A stretch of DNA of 64,000 bases from Octopus sinensis. Taxonomy: Eukaryota. The DNA lies in NCBI RefSeq assembly GCF_006345805.1, contig NC_042999.1:3472001-3536000 (forward strand), given 5' to 3'. Both the position numbers and the translations under genes were made by a program. The notes below the pieces were generated by a model. That model ran no database searches, was not told the DNA's origin, and was given only the letters and a program-made list of their open reading frames with translations. This document shows, piece by piece, positions 10,249 through 22,611 of this stretch; positions within the stretch are counted from its first letter, which is position 1, and each line of letters begins with the position of its first letter.

Positions 10249-11170
10249 TATTTAATTTCCTTGATTAATATGAAGTCACAATATTACAAATACTAATAAC
10301 TATTTCTCTTTCTTCTCTTCCTTCTTTTTCTTCATCTTCCTTTTCTGGTAACAAGACCAAAATTACTTTACAACAACAGTATCAAATATGTCTTCATATA
10401 ACGATTTAATTTATTGTCAAGCTGTATACCGCATTATATAATTGTTAAATAACATTTTCCAGTCACGTTATCAATAATGGGTGTGTGCTCAGCATTCACA
10501 CCTGAATCGTAAATACGGTAATTTCTCAATCCTTTATTCACCTAACAATGCACATCAAAGTATATAAAAGATGTGTAGTAAATAACCAAACTCACACGGT
10601 ACGCTTATACAAATTGGTGATCATGTTATCACCAGGATATTGTTAAGGACACACAATGTCTGATGATCTGTCAACAATCTTTAAGAAAATGAATTTCAAC
10701 AGACAACAAATTTAATTTTACCTAAGAAACCAAAAAAAGATTAGTAATAGATAAATATATGTTAAGCAAACAAAATTTGTCAACATCAATCATTTTCAAA
10801 ATTTCCTGGAACAGTTATCAAGTTTGCACCTGGATTAATCAATATTTTTGTGGTGTTTTGTGTATGAAATGATAATATCAGCTGAAGAGGTAGTAAATGT
10901 ACACACATTTTTGTGTATGTATATGCTATACTATTAATATGTTTATATACACACACATATATATATATACATATCTTTTATAGTAGACACACACACACAC
11001 ACACGCACGCACACATATATCTGTAAAAAGATTTTAAATTAACAATTATTAATTACATAAAAAGAAGTCTTTGAAAACAGCAGATCAACACAGACCTGAT
11101 GAAGGGAAACTTATATGTAAGTGCTTTCATTGTTTTCAGCTTTTGAAACATACACACACAATTATATAAA

Positions 11171-11500
11171 TCATCATTGCTTAACGTCTGTTTTCCATGC
11201 TAGCATGGGTTGGATGGTTTGACCGGGGTCTGGGAAGCCAGGTGGCTGCACTGATCTGGCAGTATTTCTACAGCTGGATGCCCTTCCTAATGCCAACCAC
11301 TCCGTGAGTGTAGTAGGTGATTTTTACGTGCCACCAGCACAGTGCCAGGCGGGGCTGACAATGCCCACGATCAGTTGGTACTTTTTACGTGCCACCGGCA
11401 TGGAGGCCAGTCGAGGCGGTGCTGGCAACGGCCACATTCGTATGGTTCTTTTACGTGCCACCGGCACTAGTATCACAATTACTATTTCCATTGATTTTTG
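11171..11500 (-). mobile_element. RTE LINE 3' end
   Basis: Conserved terminus and two to three units. Confidence 0.75.
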
Positions 11501-11517
11501 ATCGATTTCGATATATA

Positions 11518-11570
<53 letters not shown>

Positions 11571-11901
11571 ATATATATATACATATATATACACATATAT
11601 ATAACCATATGTTGCCATCTAAGAACCCATAAGTCATAAAAAATATGTCCTTGTATATTTGTTAGTAGAGTAGGTATATTAATTGAAGTGTACAGTATTA
11701 TATATCTAAATACACACCCTATCACAGTGGACATCAACCCAATAGATACTTTTCTACCCCACCCAACAGAAGCCCCCATACATATAGTACCCCCCTACAC
11801 ACACACTCCATACATACACAAACGCTCAAAGAATTTAACCAAAGAATTTCAACAAAACATAATCAAAAAGCACACAAATGAAAACACACATGCTTCATAT
11901 T

Positions 11902-12137
11902 TCTTTATTTCTTTACTACCCACAAGGAGCTAAACACAGAAAGGACAAACAAGGACAGACAAAGGTATTAAGTCGATTATATCGACTCCAGTGCGTAACT
12001 GGTACTTATTTAATTGACCCCGAAAGGATGAAAGGCAAAGTCGACCTCGGCAGAATTTGAACTCAGAACATAGCGGCAGACGAAATGCTGCTAAGCATTT
12101 CGTCCGGCATGCTAACATTTCTGCCAGCTCGCCACCT
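11902..12137 (-). mobile_element. SINE family B (tRNA-like head, TTTGCCTTTCATCC core, GTAAAGAAAT tail)
   Basis: Matches copies at 20581, 21204, 41120 and 45734. Confidence 0.85.
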
Positions 12138-12572
12138 TCATGCTTCTGCAGGCTTTGGGCCCCTGAGCAACACCCTAGAACCCATCCCCTGAAAACTACA
12201 TATATAGTACCACTGCACACATTCCGATTCTTCAGGAATACCAACCCTATAACATACACACATTTCCCATACACACTTTTCCAGAAAACTTTTATTGCCA
12301 CCTTCAGAGATGGTGTTTTAGCACCAAGGAACATAAGTCTTAACTTAACCCTTGCTCGGTTCATTTCACTATCTTTTTCATAGAAACCATAAACTGGATG
12401 TGTCTTTTTACTTCCAAAAACAGAGAGCTGTTACCATTTTTCATTCCATAACTACAATCTCTGAAGAGCACAGGGTTACATAATCTGGCTGTTACCTAAC
12501 ACTCCACTGAGCCCCTAGTGCGAAACCAATTAGCAAGATCAGCCATAATATATATATATGTATGTGTGTATA

Positions 12573-13020
12573 TCATTTAACGTCCGCTTTCCATGCTAGC
12601 ATGGGTCGGACAATTTGACTGAGGGCTGGTGAACCAGACGGCTGCACCAGTCTCCAATCTTGATTTGGCAGAGTTTCTACAACTGGATGCCCTTCCTAAC
12701 ACCAACCACTCCATGAGGGCCAGTCAGGCGGTACTGGCAATGACCTTGCTCGAATCTTTTTACATGTGCCACCAGCACAGGTGCTAGTGAAGCAACGTTG
12801 GTAACGATCACGCTCGAATAGTGCATTTTATGTGCCACGGGTATGGAAGCCAGTTGGCTGCTCTGTCAACGATCATGCTCGGATGGTGCTCTTGGCACCC
12901 TACTAGCACAGGCATAAGTGCCAGTAAGGCGATGCTGGTAACGATCATACTCGAATAGCCGCTCTGTCAACGATCACACTTGTATGGTGCTCTTTGCACC
13001 CCGCTAGCATGGATGCCAAT
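12573..13020 (-). mobile_element. RTE LINE 3' end with about five units
   Basis: Conserved terminus and tandem units. Confidence 0.75.
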
Positions 13021-13049
13021 CTACAAAACTAAACTCGAAAATGCGCAAA

Positions 13050-13450
13050 AAATTATCTTCTTTGGAAAGGTAGATACCTTCTGCTCTTGTAAAGTGATTC
13101 ATGATTATCTTCTCTTTCCAAGCTCTTTGTGGATTGAAGAATTATTTGTGGACTTTGTAAGGTAATGCAATCTTGTCATGGGATACTCTTTGATCAGGCC
13201 ATTTTGATAAATTCTCAAAGTTCTTTCATTCAGAAGTCTCTTAAATCAAATTTTGCTCTTGATGCTGTTGGTCTTGGTATCCCTTGCATGAGGGGGGATT
13301 TTTTGGCAAAAGCCTTAAATATTCTAACATTGATTTCATCATGAAGACTACTCTTAAAGTTTACTGCACTTCCAAGATGCTATGACCCATTTGAGTGGCT
13401 TATTGCCAATCATCACATTTAAATCTTGAGTCTCAATCAAGTCTGTCTGA
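13050..13450 (-). mobile_element. Decayed RTE-like RT fragment
   Basis: Manual translation LGSAVNFKSSLHDEINVRIFKAF resembles RTE LGS...EI..RI.KA; many disablements. Confidence 0.45.
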
Positions 13451-14354
13451 CATATACAAACATGGAAAAGTGAACATGATAATGACAATGACGAAAGTTT
13501 AACAGCTTAAAAGCAATTGAGAAAGCATGAGAGCAATAAAATTCAATCTTAATCTCTAATTTTCCTACGGACCCAGTCTATAATCATTGGTAGAGTGATT
13601 TTGTTTTGATCCTTCCTTCATTGTCTAAAAATTGCTACCAAAGTAATAATTATAATTAAATTGCAAAATTTCTCAAAAAATATATTTTTTTAATGGTCCA
13701 TTTTTCCAGCAATCAAAACAAAAAGAAGAGCAAAACAATAAAAAAAAAATTAAAAATCAGTGGAAATAATTTCTGTATATTTTTTTTAATATGTTGGCTC
13801 TTTTCTTTTTCTGCCCAAAATGAAATATAATTTTGTATTTTAATAAAAGGAGGTTTTTGTTTCCATTTGTTTATATTTTTGAATATCTCGAATTAAAAGT
13901 AATTGAAATCAGAAATTATAACATGTCATATCTGAGGTGATATATTACTCAGATATTGATTTTTTTTCCCTGTAGATACAAGGCCTCTCTGGTTTACAAG
14001 AGTAGAAGAGGTCATACGACATTCATTTCTTTCACTGAGGCCATTATCGAGTCAAGGTCTTAATCCATCTCCCAATCTTTATAACACCTCACAATCTGAC
14101 CCTCGGGTCTACTTTGTAGTAAGTAGTCAAACTAGGTCACCATTCCACTGACAACTTTGTGCTTTCCTCCAACCAGCCATAGAGGCCCTGTAAAAGAGCT
14201 ATAGCAGTTCTTCCTCAACTAAAATAAGCCATTAACAGCTATGAAAGGCAAGATATTATCTTTGGCAAGATTTGAACTCAGAACATAAAGAGCTGGAAGC
14301 AGAACTACAAGAAAATTTGTCCAATGTGCTAATGATTTTACTCATCCACCAGTC

Positions 14355-14385
<31 letters not shown>

Positions 14386-14437
14386 CTCTAAAACAAGTGA
14401 ATCATTGACTAGAATTTATTGTACATATTAAAATCAA

Positions 14438-14605
14438 ATAGGCAGAGGAGTGGCTGTGTAGTAAGTAGCTTGCTTACTAACCACATGGTTCTGGGTTCAG
14501 TCCCACTGCATTGCACCTTGGGCAAGTATCTGCTACTATAGCCTAGGGCTGACCAAAGCCATGTGAGTGGATTTGGCAGATGGAAACTGAAAGAAGCCCG
14601 TCATT

Positions 14606-14641
<36 letters not shown>

Positions 14642-14698
14642 CCTGGAACCATGTGGTTGGTAAGCAAGCTACTTACCACACAGCCACTCCTGCACCTA
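14438..14698. mobile_element. SINE family A 5' half plus an inverted 5' end
   Basis: 14438-14500 is the reverse complement of 14639-14698, with (TA)n between. Confidence 0.75.
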
Positions 14699-14699
14699 T

Positions 14700-14890
14700 A
14701 TAGTTGAAATTTACAGAAAAGCAAAAGACGAAGACAGGTGTATAAACAACAGCCAGGTGTATTAATTTGATGCTTGGGAAGGTGAGAAAGTCTTTTACAT
14801 TTCAAGCCTATGCTCTTCAACAGAAAGGAACATGAGGAAATAAACAGAGAGAGAATTTTAAAAAATTGTGGATTCAGCAGTCAATCATAG
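14700..14890 (-). mobile_element. Penelope-like relic with degenerate hammerhead
   Basis: Minus CTTT-CTGTTGA-A-GAGC ATAG GCTT-GAAAT-GTA-AAAG at 14792-14827. Confidence 0.4.
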
Positions 14891-14940
14891 CAACTGTTGA
14901 TGTGTGTGTGTGTGTGTGTAAGTATGTGTGTGTGTAAATA

Positions 14941-14971
<31 letters not shown>

Positions 14972-15418
14972 ATGTATAAATGCATACATGATCAGAGTGC
15001 AGTGGAACTGACAGACTTTAGTCACATACAGATTTCCAATGCTACTAATCCACTATATCTCAGAGAAACACTGAGAGACTAAAATCTTAATCCTTGCAGA
15101 AAGTGATTGTTTCAAGGCAGGGATTACGATATTTAAGCGTGGTAATGTTGATGACGATGAGAAGGAAGTGGAGTAGAAAAAGGATTTGTCAATGTAGCAT
15201 TTTAATTAAATTAAAATAAATTGTTCTAATTCTTAAGCATGAGATCATGCTTGGCCCTTGTTGATTGATGTTGCTGTCAAAAGAATCCTGCGTATCAAAT
15301 TCAAATTGCTATTTTACAACCAGAATGTTGTTTTGCTTGTGCTTCAAATATTGTGTTTACAGTATGAACACTATAATAATAGTAATAATGATGATGATGA
15401 TGATGATGATAATAATAT

Positions 15419-15612
15419 GTGGAACACATAGGGGCTGCAATAACGGTGGAGTACTTGCAGAAAACAGCAAAGCTTGGAACTGCTCAAATACTCCGAAAGG
15501 TGCTCGAAAAATAAGAGGTATTAACCTTAGTTCACTGGTAGTGAAAAGCTGACACTGTATTACATCTCCAGTGTTAGAAGCTGTGCAAAGGTAATAATAA
15601 TAATAATAATAA
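15419..15612 (+). mobile_element. RLE-type (R4/Dong-like) LINE 3' end with (TAA)n tail
   Basis: Manual translation VEHIGAAITVEYLQKTAKLGTAQILRKVLEK*, short UTR, (TAA)n. Confidence 0.65.
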
Positions 15613-16052
15613 TTTTCTTATGGTTTCTTAAACATTCTCTAGAACAACACTAAGTACAATACTAAATATATGGCACCCTAGGCATAACACCAACACGAAC
15701 TTCCAACTTGTTGTCTCTTGAGGTCACTGTGTGAGACTTGGAGCCAACTTGTACAAATGTAAAGCAAAAGTCAAACATAAAATAATAATAATGGTCACAT
15801 CTCACTCCTCTGGAACTTCACCATTCAAACTGACTGAAAGATAGATGCAAATAGGCTACACATCATATTGAAAGACTTCAGACAAAAATCATGCCTCTTC
15901 ATTGAAATGACTGTCCCAATCAATATAAACGTATCTGTCAAGACCTACCAAAAACTGAGCAAGTATAAACATCTTGAAATAGAAATTAGCAAAATGTGGA
16001 ACCTGAAGATTAAAACAATACCTGTTGTCATAGGTGCCCTGGGAATGATATC
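15613..16052 (+). mobile_element. R4/Dong-like 3' UTR piece followed by a restriction-like endonuclease fragment
   Basis: 15613-15790 ends in (AAT)n; 15791-16052 translates LLWNFTIQTD*KIDANRLHIIL...KLSKYKHLEIEISKMW...IPVVIGALG, the PD-(D/E)xK RLE region. Confidence 0.7.
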
Positions 16053-16289
16053 CAATTCAAACTGTTCAACCCATGCCAGCATGAAAAGCAGATGCTAAAT
16101 GTGATGATGATATATATATGGGTATATAGGTGGGTATATGTGCACATTTTTACAATCTTTTCTCTCTCTCTCCAACTGAGGTAAGTATATACCTTCTCTC
16201 CTGCATGGCACTGATTTCTGGTCCTCTGCTCATATCCTAGCTCCTCATCACTGGCGCAATACTACTCCCCCCTCAGTTGAGAGGTCTTG

Positions 16290-16745
16290 TCTTGTAAGTC
16301 ATTTGGTGCCAAATAAAAAAGCCCTCTGCTCATTCTGTAAAGTGATTGACATTAGGAAAGGATCAAGCGACAGGCACCATGCCAAAGCGGACAGCAGAGA
16401 CTGATGCAGCCTTCTGACTTGCCAGCTCCAGTCAAAATGTCCAACCCATACCAGCTTGAAAACGGACATTACATAGTGATAAAACAATGATGATGACATC
16501 ACATGAGAGTTGTAAAACGAGCATCCCTGTCATACAAGCAGTGTCATTCGTTCCAATCTGCCATGAAAACATGTCTGGCCAAGGGTAAATATTAGTTTGT
16601 TTGGAAACAGGTGAGAATTAGCGACAGGAAGATTATCCAGCATAAAATCTGCCTCAGCAAATTCTGTGTGACCCATGCAATTAAGGAAAAATGGATGTTA
16701 AAATGATGATGATGATGATGATGACGACGACCATGATGATGATTA
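16290..16745 (+). mobile_element. Two old RTE-like 3' ends in tandem
   Basis: Degenerate TTAGGAAGG...AACCCAT...(GAT)n termini ending near 16500 and 16742. Confidence 0.5.
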
Positions 16746-17089
16746 TTCTTTTGATTCAGGTACTTTGTCTCCAAGATTGTGCTTAACACTAAAGAATCTG
16801 AATCGAAATGGTAATTTTTTTTATGGCAAAAATACACTTGTAGAAGAATAATTAAAGAAATCAAAATATAAACAATATTAATTAGTTTTTAAAGACAGAA
16901 ATTTATAAAAACAGAGACAAAGAACTACTTGAAGAAACTTTGTAATGATTCCTATCTGAATAAACATCAACTGCAAGGTGATAAACTTTCGGCTTTGGTA
17001 AGGCGTTGCATTCTTTGGTCTGCTATTTAGTTACAGACGATATCCAGTCTGATTGTCATTAAACAAACTTTGATGTTTATCAAAGATTT

Positions 17090-17535
17090 CAGGGAAAGAA
17101 AGGAAAGAAAGAGAGAGAGAGAGAGAGAGAGGAGTAGAAGGAAAGAAAGAAATAAGAGAGAGAGAGAAAGAAAGGAGATTGGACAGAGAGGAAGGAAATG
17201 GACGAATGGGAATGAAAAAGAAATAGAAAGGAAGAAACAAAGAAAGCAAGCAAGGAAATAAGAAAGCGAAAAAGAAGGAAGAAAGAAGGAATGAAAGAAA
17301 GGCAAAAAAGGAAGAAAGGAAAGAAGGATGAAAGAAAGAAATGAACAAAGAAAGGAAAGAAGTAAGAAAAAGGAAGGAAGAAAGAAAGAAGAAAACAAAA
17401 ACGAAGGAATGAAAGAAAAAAGGAAGAAAGAAAAGAGGATGAAAGAAAAAAGAAAGAAGTAAGAAAAAGGAAGGAAGAAAGAAAAAGAAAAAAACCAACA
17501 AATAAAGGAAGACCAAAAAAAAAAGAAGGGGAAAT
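17090..17535. repeat. Purine-rich (GAAA/GGAA) low-complexity tract
   Basis: Strand-asymmetric A/G sequence. Confidence 0.9.
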
Positions 17536-17796
17536 TATAGTCATTTAAAGAGAAAGAGATTCCTTGCCTGGTTTCCAAGACTGGAATGTGTTGCCAGCAA
17601 TGACAGAATGGTTTTACAATATTAAAAGCTGACAATAAAATTTCCACTGAATATTTGATAATTCTGACATAATCCACCGAATGTTATAGATCATTGGAAG
17701 ATTAAAACTGTGCAAGACATTTTCTCGTTTCTTTAAAATTAATGTTTCTTTTTCTATTGAAAGAGTATAAAAATCTTGTTTAATAAAATTAATAGC

Positions 17797-18000
17797 GATC
17801 ATGCTGGCTGTGTGGTAAGAAGCTTGCTTTGAAGGCACATGGTTCTGAGTTCGATCCCAGCTTCCATTATCACCTGGGGCCAACCAAAGCCTTGTCAGTG
17901 GATTTGGTAGATGGAAACTGAAAGAAGCCCATCATGTGTGTGGGTCTTTATGAATGTGTTTGTCCTCTACCACTGCTTGACAACTTGTTGTTTGTTCCTT
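17797..18000 (+). mobile_element. SINE family A 5' part
   Basis: TGGCTGTGTGGTAAG head and GGATTTGGTAGATGGAAACTG core. Confidence 0.65.
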
Positions 18001-18002
18001 CT

Positions 18003-18275
18003 CAAGCCATGCCTGGCTCATAAGGGCCGGTTTCCTTGGTGTATAGGTTCCCCACCTGGATGGGACACTGGTCTGTCGCAGGTGAGCTACAAGATGCAGG
18101 AGGAAAGAGTGAGAGAAAGTTGTGGCGAAAGAGTCAGCAGAAATTTGCCATTACCTTCTGCCGGAGCTGCATGGAGCTTGGGCTCATAAACACACACATC
18201 GCCCGGTCTGAGATTCGAACCCGCAATCCCTCAACTGCGAGTCCACTGCTCTAACCACTAGGCCATGTGCCTCCA
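18003..18275 (-). mobile_element. tRNA-headed SINE with V-domain-like segment
   Basis: Minus TGGCCTAGTGGTTAGAGC (A box), GGTTCGAATC (B box); CCTGCGACAGACCAGTGTCCCATCCAGG resembles the V-SINE core as I recall it. Confidence 0.6.
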
Positions 18276-18384
18276 CACACCCACACACAGAAACACACAC
18301 ACATACATATATATATATATTAGTATATATTATGTTCTGAGTTCAAACATACATACATGGAGGACTCTCATCCGTAAACGTACT

Positions 18385-18435
<51 letters not shown>

Positions 18436-18744
18436 TATAAATACAGTGATGCCTGATACATGAACAAATCTGCTCCCGGAGACCGCTCACAAAGTGAAAA
18501 CTCGTGCAGCAGAGCAACAACTGCTGTTGGTGTGTTTATGTCCCCATAACTTAGCAGTTCAGCAAAAGAGACTGATAGAAAAAGTGCCAGGCTTAAAAGA
18601 AAAAAATAAGTAGTAGTGGGTTTGGTCCATTCATCTAAAGATCATTCAGGGCAGTGCCCCAGGTTTGTCCCTTTGTGTGAAAGACAATAGCAGAGTTTAT
18701 TCATCTCTATGTAGGTTCAGAAAACATTCATTTCAAGGTAAGTA

Positions 18745-18960
18745 CAGAAAGCACAAGTTCCACTGGGCTGGACAAGTCACAAGGTTCACAGACAACAGGT
18801 AGACCTGTGCAGTGACTGAGTGGTATCCAAGAGATCGAAAAAGACACAATGATGGGAAGATGATATAGTTAAGTAATTTGGGTCGAGATGGAAAAGAATG
18901 GCACAATCAAGAGAGAACTGGAAGCCCATTGTAACCAGTGGTGTCTAACAGCATCTGATG
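18745..18960 (+). mobile_element. RTE LINE C-terminal fragment
   Basis: Manual translation KFHWAGQVTRFTDNR*TCAVTEWYPRDRKR. Confidence 0.6.
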
Positions 18961-19749
18961 TTCCAGTCAATACTGTGATGTTGGTAAAACAAGAACGCAG
19001 CGAATTGGCAGAATAATAGAGCATCTGATAGAATATTTTGCAGCTTTATTTCAGTCTTCTGCGCCTTAGGTTCAAAACCTAGAGACCAACTTTATATTTC
19101 ATCCTTCTGGGGGCCAACAAAAAAGTACTAGTCCAAAATAGTAGATTGATAAGAATGTTCCAGAATCAGGCAGATTCCACCAGATAACAAACAAAAAATA
19201 ATGGTAACAGTCTAAATAGATATTGTATAATTATTAACAACGTCCAATTAGGGGGTACTACCTTAGGAAAAATGTCATTTATAGATGCAATGTTAGTAGC
19301 CATACAGTATGAAGCATTTCAATTTTTTTCAACCACGTATTCATAGCAAAAATACTCATTGTTTTCATCATAAGTTAAAACACTCAACATCTCTTTCAAA
19401 ATATGTATGGAATCTTATATCCACGAGTATCCACTTTAAAGCAGACTGAAACATTTCACACTCTGGGAAACAATACAGGGGCAAAAGACATGAGTGCAGA
19501 GATTGTGTTCATGCAAGGGACTGGAAATATTACAAGCAAAATCAAGGCAGCAAGCTGGCAGAATCCTTGGCATGTTGGGCAATATGCTTAGCTGTGTTTC
19601 GTCCCAAGACTGACTTTGCATTTTACTCTTTCAGGGTCAATGAAATAAGTACCAGTTGAGTATTAGGGTCAATGTCATAGACTTACTCCCTTCTTCGAAC
19701 TTACTGGTCTTCTGCCAAAATTTGAAGCCAATATTACTAGTAAAATCTA

Positions 19750-20075
19750 ACTTACTATGGCACTGGTACTGTGTCGCTTATGACTACGAGGGTTGCAGTT
19801 GACCTGATCAACAGGACAGCATGCTCGTGAAATTAACGTGCAAGTGGCTGAGCACTCCACAGACATGTGTGCGCTTAACATAGTTCTTAGGGAGATTCAG
19901 CATGACAGAGTGTGACAAGGCTGATACTTTGAAACACAGGTAGAACTCACTTTTGCCATCTGAGGGGACTGGAGCAACGTGGAGTAAAGTGTCTTGCTCA
20001 AGGACACAATGGGAATCAAACTCACGACCTTATGGTCATGAGTGAATACCACCAACCACTCAGCCACGTGCAAAT
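19750..20075 (-). mobile_element. SINE family D (tRNA head, CCTTGAGCAAGACACTTTA core)
   Basis: Homologous to 36285-36585 and 37475-37800. Confidence 0.65.
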
Positions 20076-20504
20076 ATAAGAATAAATTATTAATGAACTG
20101 CAACCATAACATATTAAGAACTTTAAAAATTATTGGAGGAGATTCAAACAAATTTAAATTGATGTAAGATGCTGTAAATGTATTTAGATATGAGCGAATG
20201 GTTTTGAGTACACTTTTGTGTATGAATGTATGTCATATATATTTGTGATATCATTCTGTAATGTACTTTGTTCCATCCTGGCATGGGTTGGGCAGCTCAA
20301 CAAGAACTGACAAGCAAGAGAGCTGTACCAAATTCCAGTGTCTGGTCCAGCAAAGTTTCTATAGCTGGATGCCCTTCCTAATGTCAGCCACTTTCAAGAG
20401 TTATGGTCATTTGCTTGTCTTAATACATTGATACATTTTCCTCAAATTTATGCTGTATACACCTACATACATTAGTCTGCCTGTGTCTCTACATGAATTT
20501 ATGT

Positions 20505-20937
20505 CTTTTCTATTCTAGGCACAAGGCCCCAAATTTTAGATCGACCCCAGTATGCAACTGGTACTTAATTTATTGACTGCGAGCTGGCAGAAACGTTAGC
20601 ACACCGGGCGAGATGCGTAGCTGTATTTCATCTGCCGTTACGTTCTGAGTTCAAATTCCGCTGAGGTCGACTTTGCCTTTCATTCTTTCGAGGTCGGTAA
20701 ATTAAGTACCAGTTACGCACTGGGGTCGATATAATCAACTTAATCCGTCTGTCTGTCCTTGTTTGTCTCCTCTGTGTTTAGTCCCTTGCAGGTAGTAAAG
20801 AAATAGGTACTTAATTTATTGACTGCGAAAGCATGAAAGGCAAAGTCAACCTCAGTGGAATCTGAACTCAGAACTTAAAGACAGACAAAACACCACTAAG
20901 CACTTTGCCCGGTGTGCTAACATTTCTGCCAGCTCGA
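20505..20937 (-). mobile_element. Family B-related SINE with alternative tail, interrupted by a nested family B copy
   Basis: Host halves 20505-20580 and 20806-20937 rejoin across duplicated GGTACTTAATTTATTGACTGC. Confidence 0.8.
20581..20805 (+). mobile_element. SINE family B, nested, with 21-bp TSD
   Basis: TSD at 20560-20580 and 20806-20826. Confidence 0.88.
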
Positions 20938-21203
20938 ATTTATGTCTTTGACAAAACATGGCTCATTACAATAACACTATTGTTGAGTCAATGAAGCAAG
21001 TTAGCCAACCAGTAAAGTGTTCAGTGATAAAATATGTATCAGCCTAGAATAAGTACTAAGGTCACTGTAACCAACTAAAAACACCTGTCGTGAGGTGTGT
21101 GTTTTGTGGTTGTTGTTGTGTCAGTGAATGAAAATGTGTTTCTTGGGTTGCCTGAAGAAGTGACTGACACCATCCACAAACGATTAATAGATTTTATTAC
21201 TGC

Positions 21204-21616
21204 AGCGAGCTGGCAGAAACGTTAGCACATCGGGTGAAATGCGTAGCTGTATTTCGTCTGCCGCTACGTTCTCAGTTCAAATTCCACCGAGGTCGACTTT
21301 GCCTTTCATCCTTTCAGGGTCGATTAAATAAGTACCAGTTATGCACTGGGGTCGATATAATCAACTTAATCTGGTTGTCTGTCCTTGTTTGTCCTCTGTG
21401 TGTTTAGCCCCTTGTGGGTATAAAAAAATAGGTATTTTGTCTGCCGCTACGTGCTGAGTTCAAATTCCGCCGAGGTCAACTTTGCCTTTCATCCTTTCGG
21501 GGTCGATAAATTAAGTACAAGTTACGCACTGGGGGTCAATGTAATCAACTTAATCCATTTGTCTGCCCTTGTTTGTCCCCCTCTGTGTTTAGCCCCTTGT
21601 GAGTAGTAAAGAAATA
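21204..21616 (+). mobile_element. SINE family B dimer with 22-bp TSD
   Basis: TSD GATTAA(T/C)AGATTTTATTACTGC at 21182-21203 and 21617-21638; second monomer starts near 21432. Confidence 0.88.
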
Positions 21617-21956
21617 GATTAACAGATTTTATTACTGCCATAGAGTTTTCTTTGTTGATCTTTAACAAATACTAACAGCAATAATTACATACCGGGGGAG
21701 ACATACTGCTTGGGATTTACGAGTTAACTGATACAGCAATTTGTGGCTGGGCCATCACAACTGGAAAATAAACACACTGTATTCATGGCAACGAATATTC
21801 CTATCTACGATCTGCTAAATGTCTTAATCAGCAGGTTGTGACAAGAAAGAAGACAACATGCAGCTGCCTTAATATTCTATGATTACTACCAAAAACTGCC
21901 TTTATATAGGGCACAAGGAGAAAATTCTAGTAAACTGAATCACACTCATTGGTTGT

Positions 21957-22426
21957 CTAACCCTTTTGTTACTGTATTTATTTTGAAATGCTCTGTTTTT
22001 CTCTCAGTTACTTTAAATATAATTTAGTAAAATAACTTAGTTATCGTTAAGCTAGTGTTAGGAACATAAATTGTGACTAAGGTTGGATGGAAGATTTTAA
22101 TTCAAAACTCATGAAAACAAGACATTTGTACTACAGAGGCAGAAAGGTGGTTTCAGCAGGGTTGGTATCAAAAGAGTTTAAAATATCATGGTGACTTTAA
22201 CCCTTTTGTTACCGTATTTCTATTGAGATGTTCTGTGTTTCTTTCAATTAATTTTAAATATAACAAAGAATTTAGTAAAATAACTTAGTTATCATTAAGC
22301 TAGTATTAGGAACATAAATTGTGAATAAGGTTTGGTGAAAGATTTTAATTCAAAACGTATGAAAACAAGACATTTGTACTACAGAGCCAGAGGTGGTTTC
22401 AGCCGGGTTGGTAATGAGGGGGTTAA
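21957..22426 (-). mobile_element. TTAA-bounded MITE-like dimer (~230-bp units)
   Basis: (T)TAACCCTTT...GGGTTAA ends; reverse complement of 30200-30675. Confidence 0.7.
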
Positions 22427-22611
22427 TAAATCCAACACATGGAATTGCTGTGGTCTGATCATAATGTTTGCTTGGCTACCAAGTGGTTCAGTTTCAAATC
22501 ACTGTTAAAGATACAATGGTAATGCTCCAGCATGGCAACAGTCCTATTACTGGAACCAGGAAAAGGGAAATAAAAAGGATAAATCCAATTTTCCTAGTCT
22601 TAAAGTCTCTC

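Noticed and set aside
11690-11900. Strongly C/A-skewed stretch suggesting a mitochondrial insertion
   Set aside because: No mitochondrial protein or RNA motif recognised on translation; skew alone is insufficient.
17027-17677. 216-aa and 161-aa F/S/L-rich ORFs resembling membrane proteins
   Set aside because: Antisense reading of a GAAA low-complexity tract.
18200-18275. tRNA-like sequence with good A and B boxes (also 37480-37545)
   Set aside because: Fused to a SINE body and no convincing acceptor stem, so not a tRNA gene.
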